The position numbers and the translations under genes were made by a program. From Octopus sinensis (Eukaryota), in assembly GCF_006345805.1 (NCBI RefSeq), contig NC_043016.1:6200001-6264000 (forward strand): 64,000 nt of DNA, in the 5' to 3' direction. This document shows positions 25,489 through 39,069 of the stretch, in pieces. The stretch's first letter is position 1, and every line of letters begins with the position of its first letter. The notes under the pieces were generated by a model. The model ran no database searches and was not told the origin of the DNA. It saw nothing but the letters and a program-made list of their open reading frames with translations.

Positions 25489-27055
25489 AAGTAATGTTCA
25501 CAAAAGCCACCCAAAGAATCCTTTATGCTGTTCCTTAATTTGCTAGAAATAACAGCTATTATAATTCAATCAGCCTATTGAATGAGTTTACACACTAACA
25601 AATTGGAAAAGAAAAGGTTGCTAAGTGTAGAATTACAATCACCTGCACTTCAAATGCTTGAGACCATTGAAGCCAACTGTCAGTTACCATTTATGAAACT
25701 CTTTGGGAAAATCAGGAGAAAGAATCTGACTGGTGCCAACATGTCACAAATAGTTTACTTCTCTTCTTTATGCACATAACTCACATTACTAATGAAAAAT
25801 GATCTTAACTTCACCTCTATACTTGTCCAAAATATAGCTTGACACCTCAATCACTATGTCTAACTCAGTACTATCTTGTATTAAATCCTTCCTGTCTGTA
25901 TGTGACTGTATAGTTGAATTTGTTAACCTGTTCGAGCCCCCATCACCAATAACAAAAACAAAATTTTTTTTTGCTTTATTCTGTTAACATTCATAGGCAT
26001 CAGTGTCATTCTGAAATTGCCATCCCTGACACAGATTTTCTTATGGCCTCTCTTATACTAGGTAACTAGACTTTGCACCCTTAATATTGATAACAGTTTC
26101 GATAATAAAAAGATTAATAGTAACAATGATTTCATTTAATCAGCACAAGAATATAATTTCTAAGAGACACAAAAAATAAGAAGCATGAAATACAAATAAT
26201 GTACAAATAATCATGTAAAGAATAGCATTTTGTATATATTACTAAAGGTGAATATACTGTAAGAAAACCACAACACTGCAGTATTCATCTTGAGAAAATA
26301 TCTCATATAAATGTACAGTGCTAAAAAAAAGCAGAGGTACAAGTTGCAAGTGAAAGTGTCCAGCAGTGGCAGTGGAATTGCTAGATTCTGTGGATTTCTG
26401 AATATTTACATGTCATCAGTAATATGTATCCACTATCAACCACATGCTCAGACAAATTTTACTTCTACTGGTATAGAGAAACAGTGGGTAACAAATCACT
26501 GATGTCACAAATGGCAGTGTTGGGACTTTCTTACAGTATATTCATGTTAAGATATACAGATTACTATTTGGTACTAATAATACTTCTGTGACCAATAATA
26601 AATTTGTTACCATCCTACTAACTATTTGCGACACTAGTGATTCGTTAATCACTGTTTTTCTATACAGGTAGAAGCAAAATTTGTCTCAGTATGCAGTTAA
26701 CAGTGGATACCTAATTACAGGTGACATGCAAATATGCAGAAATTCTGAACCTAGCAATTCTACTGCAAGACATTTTTTTTTATCTGCAGTTGATATTTCT
26801 GTGCTTTTTAACACTATACATTTATATGATATGCTTTCTCAAGAAGACCACCACACCACATAAAGTAAGGTATACAGGATGTTATTCTGAACTAATACTG
26901 CTCGTGTTGATGATAAATTTATATACAAATCAATCCACTCATGACATTCACTTTTGTTTTACTATTGGATACATATAAGAAAAACTTTTTGAGAAAAATA
27001 TGCTTAACCACCTTTCCTACATTATACTCTCAATATATAAAGTTACTATCTAAAT

Positions 27056-27643
27056 CAGTGGTTTTCAACTATTCTTTACCTATGGACCACTTTGATTTCT
27101 ATTTTACTCAAGTGGATACTTACAACCATTCAATGTTTTAAAAATCCTATTTCATTTATAATCAAATACTATTAGGAACTAGCTGACTACATACCATCAA
27201 TAATGATGGCTAATTGTAGTATTTTATATATAAATAAGGTACAAAATAAATCACACATACAAACATTCACATACTTCCCTTGTATACACACACATGTTAA
27301 TCTTTCACTCCTTCTTTTCTCTCACTCCCTCTCAGTTAGGGTTATTACTCTCACTACTTCTCCTTCACTGAATCACTATTTTCTCTTCTTCTCTGCATCT
27401 GATATGATTCTGAACAAATACACACACACACACACACACACAAATATATAAAAAGACTTATTATATGCTTATTATTATATTAGGAGATTATTCATCATTA
27501 TCATCATTTAACATTGTTAGTCCATGCTGGCATGGGTTTTCTGTGTATTGCAGAAGAATAACCAATTTATTGCACATAATTTTTAACAAAATCTTATATG
27601 AATTTCCCCCAAGAGTCATACAGACCTCAGTTGAGAAGCACTG
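27056..27643. mobile_element. hAT (Charlie-like) non-autonomous element
   Basis: TIRs cagtggttttcaac / gttgagaagcactg; 8-bp TSD atctaaat / atctagat (7/8 match, fits the NTCTAGAN target preference). Confidence 0.75.
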
Positions 27644-27896
27644 ATCTAGATATTCAGCGATATAAATTACACATTTATTTATATACATACATACCAAATA
27701 CACACACACATATGTACACACATTTTTATCTTCATTTGTTTCAGTCACTGGATTGCAAACCATGCCAGGGCATCATAAGTTTTAATCAAACAAATCAATC
27801 TGAATATTGATTGAAGTCTGATACATATTCTCTCATTCTCTTTCCTTGAATCAATTAATGGGAATGTAAACAGAGCAAAACCAGTTGTCAAGCGAT

Positions 27897-28249
27897 GGGT
27901 AGTTAAGGCAGTAGACTTGTGGTCGTAGGATCGTGGTTTCAATTCCCAGACCAGGCCTTGTGTTTAATGAGCGAAAACACCTAAAACACCATGAGGCTTC
28001 GGCAGGTGGTGGTGGTGAACCCTGCTGTACTCTTTCACCACAACTTTCACTCTTTCTTCCTGTTTCTATGGTACCTGTATTTCTAAGGGCCAGCCTTGTC
28101 ACACTTGTCACGTTGAATCACTCTGAGAACTACGTTAAAGGTACACGTGTCTGTGGAGTGCTCAGCCATTTGCATGTTAATCTCACAAGCAGGCTGTTCC
28201 ATTGATCGGATCAAGTGGAACCCTCGTCGTCATAACCAACGGAGTGCCA
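27897..28249 (+). mobile_element. tRNA-derived SINE, near full length
   Basis: Pol III A/B-box-like head; homologous to 17212-17541. Confidence 0.85.
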
Positions 28250-28904
28250 TGATACACACTATATCAACACCTGCACACTCTCTCTCTCTCTCATATTTAT
28301 ATACACACACACACACTGTAGTGAGCAATAAAAATAATCAAGGTCTAACAAATACTGTATTAGCTTAGAACTTGAAAAAGGGGAGTTTTAATATTTCAGA
28401 TGTTGGTCCTCCACAAAAGAAAAGCATTAGGAGAGTGAGAAAAAGGAATAGAAAAGACACATACATACACATAAATGATGGGCTTCTTTAAGCTTCTGTC
28501 TACCATATTCACTCACAAGGCATTGGTCAGCTCAAGGATAGATAGAAAACACTTGCCCAAGGTGTCATGCAGTGACACAGGAACACACACACACACAGAA
28601 TCAGTAGTGATTGTAATGACTCACTAATATTTTGCAACTGTTATCTCAGTTGCATGTAGCTGTAATGACAGTGACAACTGCAAAAGCAAAGCATGGCAGT
28701 GGTGGTTGCACTTTACTGACACGCCTTAAGCAACTGTTTATAACATGACTAAACTCTGTCGAAATGAATCAACAATTTTCATTCTGAATACGACCTCATA
28801 AAAAAGAAAAAACTTTGAATTGCGTGACTAAATTGTCTACATGATGCAAGTCAGTGATATAATGACAAAACTGTTAATCTTAAAGAAACAGTGTTGTTAC
28901 TGGG

Positions 28905-29128
28905 GTTCTTTTGGTTTCAAATTTTGGCAGAAGGCCAGCAATTTAGGAGACGGGCTAAATTGATTACATCAACCTCAGTGCTCAACTGATCCTTATTTTA
29001 TTGACCCTAAAAGGATATAAAGCAAAGTTGACCTTGGCGGAATTTGAACTCAGAACATAAAGACAAACGAAATACAGCTATGCATTTAACCTGATGGAGT
29101 AACAATTCTGCCAGCATGCCACCTTAGC
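28905..29128 (-). mobile_element. tRNA-derived SINE (second family)
   Basis: Reverse-complement homology to 51860-52080 (ggcagaat...tgagttcaaatt...gtcaactttgc). Confidence 0.7.
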
Positions 29129-32100
29129 ACAAGTAATTGTAAAAATCCAATTGTGATTTTAATAAAATAAGTATAAATTTCATATACAACTATCTCTTTC
29201 TCTCATATAGATTAAGTGTAGGTATGGATGTGGAGTTAAGAAGTTTGCTTCCCAACCACATGGCTCCAAGTTCAATCCCAATATATCACACCTCCTACTA
29301 TAGCCAAAAGACCAACCAAATACTTTTTTTTTTTACTAAATTAATTATCAAAATTAATTCAAACAATGGAAAAACACTTCTACAGAAATATTGTAAAGAA
29401 AGAGCAGAACTGGACAAGTCAAACAGTACATCAAGTAGTACAAGACTGTTGTACCCAATGACAGGCAAAACAGCATTTTTATCAACTTTTACAAGGACAA
29501 AGGTAATGCACTAAAAAAAAAAAAGAAACTCTAGAAGGATAAAGTATTAGTCCGGGTTATAAAGTTATAGAAAGCATTACAGAGCAATTTAATAGAAATA
29601 AAAAGATATGTAGTTGGGATATGTATCAGGAAGTACTACTAATTCCATCTTATTCATGAGATACTTAGAGAAGTATCTAGCCAAGAATAATTTCTTTTAC
29701 CAAGCATTTGGCTATTTAGAAGGACTTTGACAGACTCATTTTCTGTTATCTGGTAATCAGTGAGGAAGCTTAAGAGTTGATGAATGTCATGCGAGATCTG
29801 TACATGTAAAGAGGGGAGGGAAGTTGCATCAGATCTCAGTCCTAGGCCCCACTTCTGCTCATTACAAAGCTCAAAGCCAAAATGAGAACTTTATGCTGAT
29901 TAATCAGTTCTTATAGCTGAATCAGTAGTTTACATTAGGGAAAAAAACTCCAGACATAGGAAACAAAACTTGAAATCAAGTGGCCTCAAAATGAATTCAA
30001 AAAAACAAGATCTCCCATTAGGGAAACAGCCATGTTTGATATGTTGAAAAGGGAGTAGGTATGAACTCTGAACACAAATGTTACAGCAGGATCATGGAAA
30101 GCAAGCAAAAATTGTAGGTTCCAAATTTAGCAAGTAGAAGAAGCAAGCACATGCAAAATAGATTCAATCTAATGCCCAAATGGCTTTTTATTTTTTGTCA
30201 ATAGCTAAGGCTGTATCCACAATTCATGATAGGGATTCAAAGACTGGTGGGAAGAAGGAAGGTATCTTCAAATTGGTAATCTGGCCTGTATGCTTCCAAT
30301 GGAATTGACTCCACTAAAGTCATGCAAGATGCCAAGTGGTGGTGTTAAAACAGGAAACAGGTTAGGTCCACCACCCAAGAAGGACATGGTGGGATTTAAA
30401 CTCAGAACAAATATCACAAGGCATCCAGCCTGAAGCTCCAATAATTCCATAAATCCACTGGCTTGGATTGGTATTTTTTTTGTTTTATCGACACCAAGCA
30501 GATGAAAAGAAACGTTGACTTTGGCAGGATTTGAACTCAGAATGCAGAGAATACAAACAAAACATTCTAACTCATGCTCTGCCACTTTGTAGTTCATAGA
30601 TTTTGTTAACTAAGCGATCTAATTAGCAATGGGAATGAGTACTCTGAGAGTATAGTGACCAGAGAAAGATCAGGAAGCTATTATCTGTAACAAAAGGATT
30701 ATCTTTCTCAGAAAAGCAGATTGCATGATGCTCTATGTGTGTGTGTGTAAAATTAGCATTTATGTATACCATTCATGTTATATGCTGCCATGAGTTGGAT
30801 GGTTTGACAGGAGCTCAAGAACTGAATCACACTCCTTTGTCTGTGTTTGGTCTGGTTTCTATGGTTGGATGCCTTCTTTACGCTAACCACATTCTAGTGT
30901 GCACAGAGTGCATTTTTCATGCCACCACCATTAGTGAGGCCATCATGTAGTTTGCAAGACCATGAACAGGGGAGGGGGAGCCAAATTCATGCTAGGAGAT
31001 GAGGGGCAGAGGATGGATAAAAGCATGAGAAGGGGCCAAAGCAGAACAAGTTTCTTCTGTACAGGAGCTATATAACTAGTCAGTTTAGAAGAGTGATTGA
31101 GAGGAACCAGAGAGCAACATGTGACTGACAAGATTGAGGAGCAATATATATACACACAAAGATATATATGAAGGAATAAAAGGTTCTTAGTAGTGTACAG
31201 AATAGTGAAATCATAATAATAAAAGATTAACCTGAAATAATGAAGGTACTATTTTTTCTCAGTTTATAAAGGTATAAAAGGTCTTTGAATTTCCTGCAAT
31301 AGATAACAAGAAACACTGCTCAACTCTTTGGTTACTATACTTAAGTTGAAACATAGAGCCTTTGGTAAGGGTGAAAAATTGGTACCATTGGCAGGTCAAT
31401 AGGGTCAATGTAACAAGTGACAAATTGTTCTGACCCAGAATTAATAGTGAACCTAGTGATACATTTTCATGTAAACAGCGAGCATATTTCATCCCTTTTA
31501 GCACAACCAGTTATCCTTATCCCTAGAACCACTTCCTTTTGATATTTTTTATTTTCACTGTCATCACTAACCACTTTTTCTGTGCCACCAGCAATCTCTC
31601 CCTTTCCTGAGCTACATTTTATGACTACCGTACTTCATTCTTAATGCACTCTCACATCTGCTATCAACGGCTCATCCCAACTTTGTCACTCACTATAATC
31701 ACTCCCATATACTTCTGACTGCCATATCTGTCACTCTTTCTCTCCCCACATTCCTTTATCCATCCACTCCACAGATCATCTGTTTCCCACTTCTATTTCT
31801 TTTACCTTCACCCTAAACATATTTACAATCAATTATACCTCTTTGTTCATCCTTAACTGTATTTCACTTCTAATCATGTCGCTCTTCCAGATCTTATCCC
31901 TATTCCCTCTTCTATTCACCTCTTTAGGACATGCTATGAAACCCTGTCACCACCTCCCACCCTTATATGATACAGTGGGTAACCATGTTCCTCTGTCCTA
32001 CTCCTCTCATACTTTGAAGGTCCGTCCAGATATCCCCTCTAACCATTCCAGCTCCAACTAATCATTTTCCCAAACTCCTCTTCTAAAATATGAGTAGTGA

Positions 32101-33232
32101 TGTAGCTCTTCTACAGCAAGAGGCTAGTTCTGCTCCAACCCCAAGGATAAAGCTGCATCTTCAGGATTTGATCTCTTGCAAGCTGCAAGTCAATACATGC
32201 TGTAAAGTGATTGGCATTGGAAAAGAATGTCAAGTTGCAGAAACCATGACAAAGCAGACATTGGAGCATGATGCAGTCCTTGAACCTATCGAATCCAGTC
32301 AAACCATCTAACCCATACCAGCAGTGAACATGGATATTAAATGATTATTCCTCGAGACCAAAGCAGATTGCATGATGCTCGTGTGTGAGTGAGAAGTGTG
32401 CTACTGCACAGCAGTGATACATGGGAAGGTTTACAAAAAAAACAAAAAAAAACAGTGAACAAGCTTTGCTGGGCATGCTATGTTCATGAATGATGAAGGA
32501 AGTCTAAATAAATTGAAAGATAAACTGGGTATAAGAACCATTTGTAGTAAGCAAAAGAGGGGACTACATTAATCTGATGTGAACAGACGATAACATTTGC
32601 ATCAACAGTGCTGAGTACTCTAAGTGAACAGTACATCTAGAAGTGGGAGACCAAAGCAGACTTAGGACGAGATGGAGAAAAATGACAGAGATGTTACATG
32701 GGGAGAGGATTAGATCATGTTGACTGGTGATATCTGGTATTGCAGAAGATCCATTTTCCCCAAGGCTTAATATACACACCTCTTATGTCATTTTTTTTCC
32801 CTCCCACTTGCAACCACCAAACTTCTATGTCTATCCTGTAGTCTCCAGATAAATTTCACCACCCACCTATAGTCCATTCTAAAGCCTCACATCCCATACA
32901 ATCTATTCTCATAATTCCTGTGCTGATTATGTACATACTCATCACAAATATCTACTACCTATGTCCTGCACTTAATATATACACACACATCATAATTTAA
33001 AATCCATTTTTCATGCTGGCATGGGTTGGACAGTTTGACAGGAGCTGGCATGCCAATGAGCTGCACCAGACTCCAGCAGTTTATTTTAGCATGGTTTCTA
33101 CAACTGGATGCACTTTTAAACACCAATCATTTTACAGAGTGTAGTGGGTGCTTTCTATGTGGTGGCACCAGCACAGGTGGTGCTTTTTATGTGGCACCAG
33201 CAATGGTGCTTTGCTTTGCTTTATATATATAT

Positions 33233-33265
<33 letters not shown>

Positions 33266-33269
33266 GCGC

Positions 33270-33478
33270 TATGAGTGTTTATTGAGCGAAAACACCTAAA
33301 AGCTCCACGAGGCTCCGGCAGGGGGTGGTGATCCCTGCTGCACTCTTTCACCACTCTTTCTTCTGTTGGCCTGCTCGCTTAGCCAGCGGGGTGGCGTCAT
33401 TCGAAGGCTAAAACAATGCGAACGTATTGTGACCAGCAATGTGTAACTACATCTGATGGACTGGTCGGTCACGTGATA
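33270..33478 (+). mobile_element. SINE fragment sharing its central domain with the 17212/27897 family but with a different 3' tail
   Basis: tgtttattgagcgaaaacacctaaa...ccctgctgcactctttcacca is shared; the downstream sequence diverges. Confidence 0.65.
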
Positions 33479-34654
33479 TATATATATATGTATATATATA
33501 TACACACACAAACATTTTTATACATATTTAATATTCATGTTTCATACTGGCATAGGTTGGACAGTTTAACAGGATCCATTGGGTACAACGACTGCATTGT
33601 ACACAAGTGCCAGCTTTATCACGATTTCTAAGTACGGATGCTCTTCCTGATGCCAACCACTTTACAGCCTTTTCATGCCATTAGTCAGCATGTAGCTGGC
33701 AAAACTACTAACTAGGAGGTAAGGTGGTGGTCAGCTTTATGCTAAAAGCCGAGGGGGTTAAAGTATGAGAGAAGGGGGTGGCGTAGCTTGTTGTAGAGTA
33801 GCCACATGGCTACTCACATTTAGAGAGAGTGAAAATGATCATAATTCATCTATGAAGATACAAATAGTGGTGATGGGGTCACCACAGGACCTCTCAGGGT
33901 ACAAGGTGAGTAGAAACAAGGAGGAACAAACAAATCAGAAGTGTAGGAATCCAAAGTATATAAGGGAGCAAGAGATGGGAGGAATGCAGGTGGAGGTAGG
34001 CAACAACTACAGTATACACTGTAGGTAGAGAATGGGATTGATGCCTAAGATGGCAAAGGTAAAAGGATACAGAGGAGAGGAGAAACATGATAGTAATGAT
34101 GATACAGTTGACAAGGTGAGGGTAAGAGAGCTACACGTAGTTGGGCTAACTGCAAGAGTGGAAGGGAAAAAGAATCAGGCATAGTGTATATACACCTATG
34201 CATAAAACAGCTGTCTATATATCATACATAATGTATACTGTCTGTAAGCCAGATACTGCAGTATTTGTCCCGAGACAACAACTCTTATGGATCTGGCCCG
34301 TCATCTATGTGTACACATTACATATAATACATAGATGGCTATTTTAACTATATGCTGCTTCAAATTGTGTATAATGGACATAAACTAATACTCACTTACA
34401 CACACACACACACACCTCTGGTGGCTTCAACTTGTATTTTGAGCAATGCCATCACTTGATTGTTCTCTTAAAACAGTCCTACTAGAGACCAACACTCTTT
34501 TGCCAAATGTGGCAATCATGGCTACCTTTTGCAGGTGTTCAGAAAGCTACCACCTATGCTCACACATACCTTCATTCTAACACATACTAATGTCCATAAA
34601 ATAAACATTTACACATGTTTTTATATGTACACACACACATTTTAAAAAATAAAA

Positions 34655-34810
34655 CTATTTTGTTAAACTGTCCGGTGAACAGGAACGTGAAACTCCGAGT
34701 AACAGCTTTTGTTATATTTCTGCTGCTTAAAATAAAGCATATTACTCTACCTCTGGTATTTGAGTACTCTTTTTTCCACCTTGTTTCACATTTATGTGCT
34801 TACTCTGGTA
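34655..34810 (+). mobile_element. short repeat with hammerhead-like motif (probable PLE terminal repeat)
   Basis: Homologous to 61930-62090; contains CUGU-CCGGUGA-ACA(GGAA)CGU-GAAA-CUCCGAG-UA-ACAG at 34668-34705. Confidence 0.6.
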
Positions 34811-34820
34811 TATATATATA

Positions 34821-35233
34821 TATATATATATGCCAACCCCCTTGCTTGCGAAGACATGTTGGGGCAAGCAAAATCGAAATCGAATTGAACCAGCCAGGAT
34901 CCCTGGTCTGGTGGTACGTAAAAAGCACCATCCGACTCGTGGCCGATGCCAGCACCGCCTCGTCTGGCTTCTGTGCCGGTGGCACATAAAATACACCAAT
35001 CCGACCGTGGCCGTTGCCAGCCTCGCCTGGCACCTGTGCAGGTGGCACGTAAAAAGCACCCACTACACTCACGGAGTGGTTGGCGTTAGGAAGGGCATCC
35101 AGCTGTAGAAACACTGCCAGATAAGACTGGAGCCTGGTGCAGCCTTCTGGCTTCCCAGATCCCCGGTCGAACCGTCCAACCCATGCTAGCATGGAGAACG
35201 GACGTTAAACGATGATTATGATGATGATGATGA
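34821..35233 (+). mobile_element. RTE 3'-UTR-only copy with (GAT)n tail
   Basis: Colinear with about 61270-61790; well preserved. Confidence 0.85.
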
Positions 35234-35928
35234 TGAAACATCTTTTAACATCCATGTTCAATCCAGGCATGGTTTGGACAGTTACACATGACTGACAAGC
35301 CTGAGAACAATGTTGTAAATCAATGTCTGTCTGCTTTGGAACTGCTTCTCTGGTTGCAAGTTACTTTACTTCCCAATGCAAGTTTACTTTACAGTACAAA
35401 CTGGGTGCTTTATTATTCATGATACCAATCCTAGTGAGGAACCAAGATCTGCTTTGACTTACAGGGACTACAGACAAGGAGATTATAGTATGAAAAGAAT
35501 GGGACAGAACAGAACAAGTTTCTTGCTGTAGAACTACATAGCTACTCACAGAGAAAAGAAGGTGGGAGTCACCAAGGTAGAAACAAAGAAATTTTAAAAA
35601 GTAGTGATAAGATGTTAAAATAAAACCCTCAAGATATGAGGTGAGTAGAAGCAAGCAGTGAACTGAATTGGGGGGAGGGGGCAAAGGGATGAATATCTTT
35701 ACAATAAGCACACTGTCTGAATTGGGGGCAGGAGTGGCACTAATCTGCTGCACTGACACTAATGCACAATTGGTATTTATTTCAGCAACCCTGAAAGGAA
35801 GAAAGGCTAAATTGACCAACGCGAATATGCTATATATAGATATATAGCATCTTTAGGGTAAATGCGTATGTGTGTATATATATATATGTATCTATATCTA
35901 TAAGTACATGTATCTATATCTATATGTA

Positions 35929-35968
<40 letters not shown>

Positions 35969-36249
35969 TACATACACATTTACCATAAAGATGCTATGCA
36001 CCTGCAATGTGAGTTGGATCAAATATACGTATAGTTTAATGCTGAAAAGTTTTAAACCTTGCGCTATCAGCATGCAAAACAAAATGCAATACTAATTAAA
36101 TACATTGGGCCTGGAGGGACTGCAATCCCAGAGACACAGTCAGTGCGAGACCTGGACATTTACATGAGTAATGATGCACCCTTCCATGTGCATGTTGCAA
36201 AGTTGGCAACGAAGAGCAGGCAACTGACCAGATGAATTCTTAGAGCTTT

Positions 36250-36417
36250 TATTATATATATATGTATACATGTATATAAATATACATCACCTCCAAACCT
36301 TCTAATATAAATATATATATTTTATTATATATATATGTATATAAATATATATCACCTCCAAACCTTCTAATATAAATATATATATACATACATATACATA
36401 TACATATATACACACAC

Positions 36418-36450
<33 letters not shown>

Positions 36451-36629
36451 ATAAATAAATAATGAGGGAGATAAATTAATATTAATATCAATTTAAGACC
36501 AGTAGTCCAGCATACAAAATCTGAGAAATCAGAGAAAATTCTAATATATGTGTATATTGGCAGGGCGTCGAGAGAGCTCCATGCATATACATCTTTATGT
36601 AAATATATATATGCATATACATATATACA

Positions 36630-36660
<31 letters not shown>

Positions 36661-36930
36661 ATACATATGCATATATATATACATATATACACATAAATAC
36701 ATATACATATATGTATACATACATGTATATATATATACATACATATACGTATATATATGTGTATTATAAACACATACATATACATAAATTTATATATATA
36801 TACATACAAATATATACACATGTCAACACATAAATATATATAAATATATACATATGAATATATACACAGATATATACATATGTATACACATAAATATATA
36901 TACAAATAAATATATAATTATATATACATA
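36250..36930. repeat. degenerate (TA)n/(CATA)n microsatellite field
   Basis: Directly visible. Similar fields at about 2596-2662, 23600-23725, 40820-41275, 43690-44700, 57055-57375 and 61790-61930. Confidence 0.9.
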
Positions 36931-36959
36931 CTAGCAGTATGTATACTCAATGAAAACAC

Positions 36960-39045
36960 AAATAGTGAGCAGTGTAAATTGAGTCCAAATCCTGCTGCAG
37001 ATGTGCACCATCACTGGGTTCTGTATTTTCTGTGAGACTTTCGTATCATCAGTGTAGCTAGCAAAGATAGCTATCCGGTCAGTTGAGGGCATATCTGAGA
37101 GGGCCACTATGAAAAGCAGTGGTCCCAAGACAGTGCCCTGTGGAACACCGCTCACTATTTGTGTTTTCATTGAGGTGGCTCCATTAGCCACTACTGCCTG
37201 ACTTCTATCCTTCAGAAAGTCATGTAACTACTCTCCATGTTTTCCAGCTATGCCGAGATCCCGCAGTTTTTGGCATATCATGCCATGATCCACTTTGTCA
37301 AAAGCTTTTGCAAAATCAAGGTATACTACGTTTGAGTTGTTGAGTAACTGCCTCAACACCCAGTCATAATGTTGTAAGAGCTGGGTCAGGCAGCTCCTAT
37401 CTGGTCGAAAGCCATACTGGGTATCACTCAGCAAATTATTTTCTTCAAGGATCTGTTCGATGACTTTGCTGATGTGTGAAGTCAGAGAGATAGGTCTATA
37501 GTTTTTGGCATCTGCTCTGCTCCCTCCTTTATGGATTGGGCATATCATGCCCTCCTTCAGCTTGCTGGGCAGTCTGCCATTTGCAAGAAAGCTCTAAAAG
37601 AGAATCTGGAGGGGTTTTGCCAGGGCATGCATCCACCTCATATATGGCTAGTAGTATATCTTCTTCGCTGGTTATAAGTGAGCCAGCTAAGTCATCATTC
37701 GTGGTTCATTCGCTTGTCTGTGTTCCAACAGGGTGGTAAAGACACTTTGGAACTGATTACCACACTGATCCTGGTTGGACTGTCTGTGAGGGAGCCATCA
37801 TTTTGGAAGAGAGATCCTATCTTGTAGCGTACTGATGCTGTTTCTTTTGCATAATGAAAGAAGGCTTTGGATTTGACTTCTTTGTCTGCTCTTTCCCTCA
37901 CATGGAATTGTTGCAGGCATTTTCCAATTTCTACTTTTGGGATGTTCATTGAGTCAATTTGCAACCTTCGTCCGTCATCTCATGAGGATCTTCCTCTCCC
38001 TTGGAATCTTGTTCCTATTTCTCGTGGCCTTGTGCTCTGGGACATATTCCTGGTATATGGCTTGCACAACAGACATGAGATATTCTAGTATCATGCTAAT
38101 GTCTGGTGTGGAGAGACATTTTGGCTAGTCCTGTTGCAGATCTCTTCCAGTCTGCTTTGTGGAAGTTCAGATTGGAGAGATTCCGGGTGCTTCCTTTAGG
38201 CTGTGTCTCTGGACACTTTCGGCCCAAACATAGACAGCTCTATTATATTGTGATCCGAGACAAATGTCAGCGTCACTTTCACATCATGAACGATGTCTAT
38301 ATTGTTTGTGAAGTAGAGAACCAAAATGTTATTCACCCTAGTTGGTCAGAGTACAACTTGCTCCTTGAATAGGGCACTGGTGAGGTTGAGCAGGGACTCC
38401 ACCTGTGCTTGTTTACAATGAGTCCTTCGGGCCATTTGATGTTGGGGAAGTTGAAATCATCCATAAGAAACATGCTCACATGGTGTTCCAGTTGCTTGAG
38501 GATTTCTTTAATTCTTGTGAAGCAATCTTCAATCTGATGCAACAGGCTCCCAATATTAAGTAAAAATATTGGCATGACAACTGTGCAGGAGTTAGGGGAA
38601 GACATCCCGTGCCTGTTTGTATTTGTTGTAGCCAGGTCAGCTGTTGCACAATCTTTTGTGCCATGGACAAAAAAGCATAACCTCTGAAGGGCGCACTGCA
38701 TCAGCATTATAAGATTTTCTCCTTTAGGCCCCTGTACTTTTAGCATAAATAATCCTTCAAACAGATGGTCAGTAACGGCGCCTACATTGTTCGGATGCTC
38801 TACATTCATAAGGGGTAAATACATAGAAACTAGTCCGTAGATGCCAGACCAGCAAGGGGAAGCGGCTGACATCCTCGGTTCAAAGGTTATAATGGACACA
38901 GATTTGTGTATCACATAGCTAGCTACAGGCAACGGTAGTTTGGAGCAAATCTAAGGCAGCATTCGTCCTAAGTTCCTGGACTGCTATGTTAGCTTGGCGA
39001 TAACTATTAATATCCAGCACCACTGCTGTAGTCACTTTTAGAAAG
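36960..39045 (-). mobile_element. decayed CR1-type LINE (APE remnant plus RT)
   Basis: ORF fragments: LMDDFNFPNIKW; KNYRPISLTSHISKV...QYGFRPDRSCLTQLL...YLDFAKAFDKVDHG; SGVPQGTVLGPLLF...YTDDTK. Multiple frameshifts. Confidence 0.9.
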
Positions 39046-39069
39046 ACTTAGGAATATATATGTGTATAT

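Noticed and set aside
25790-25983. Minus-strand open stretch NKAKKNFVFVIGDGG...KIIFH after an acceptor
   Set aside because: No recognisable family or linked exon; cannot be supported.
31259-31504. ORF with KYARCLHENV resembling PKNOX RYIxCLKxKM
   Set aside because: Lacks the ELCxxFC half; similarity is at chance level.
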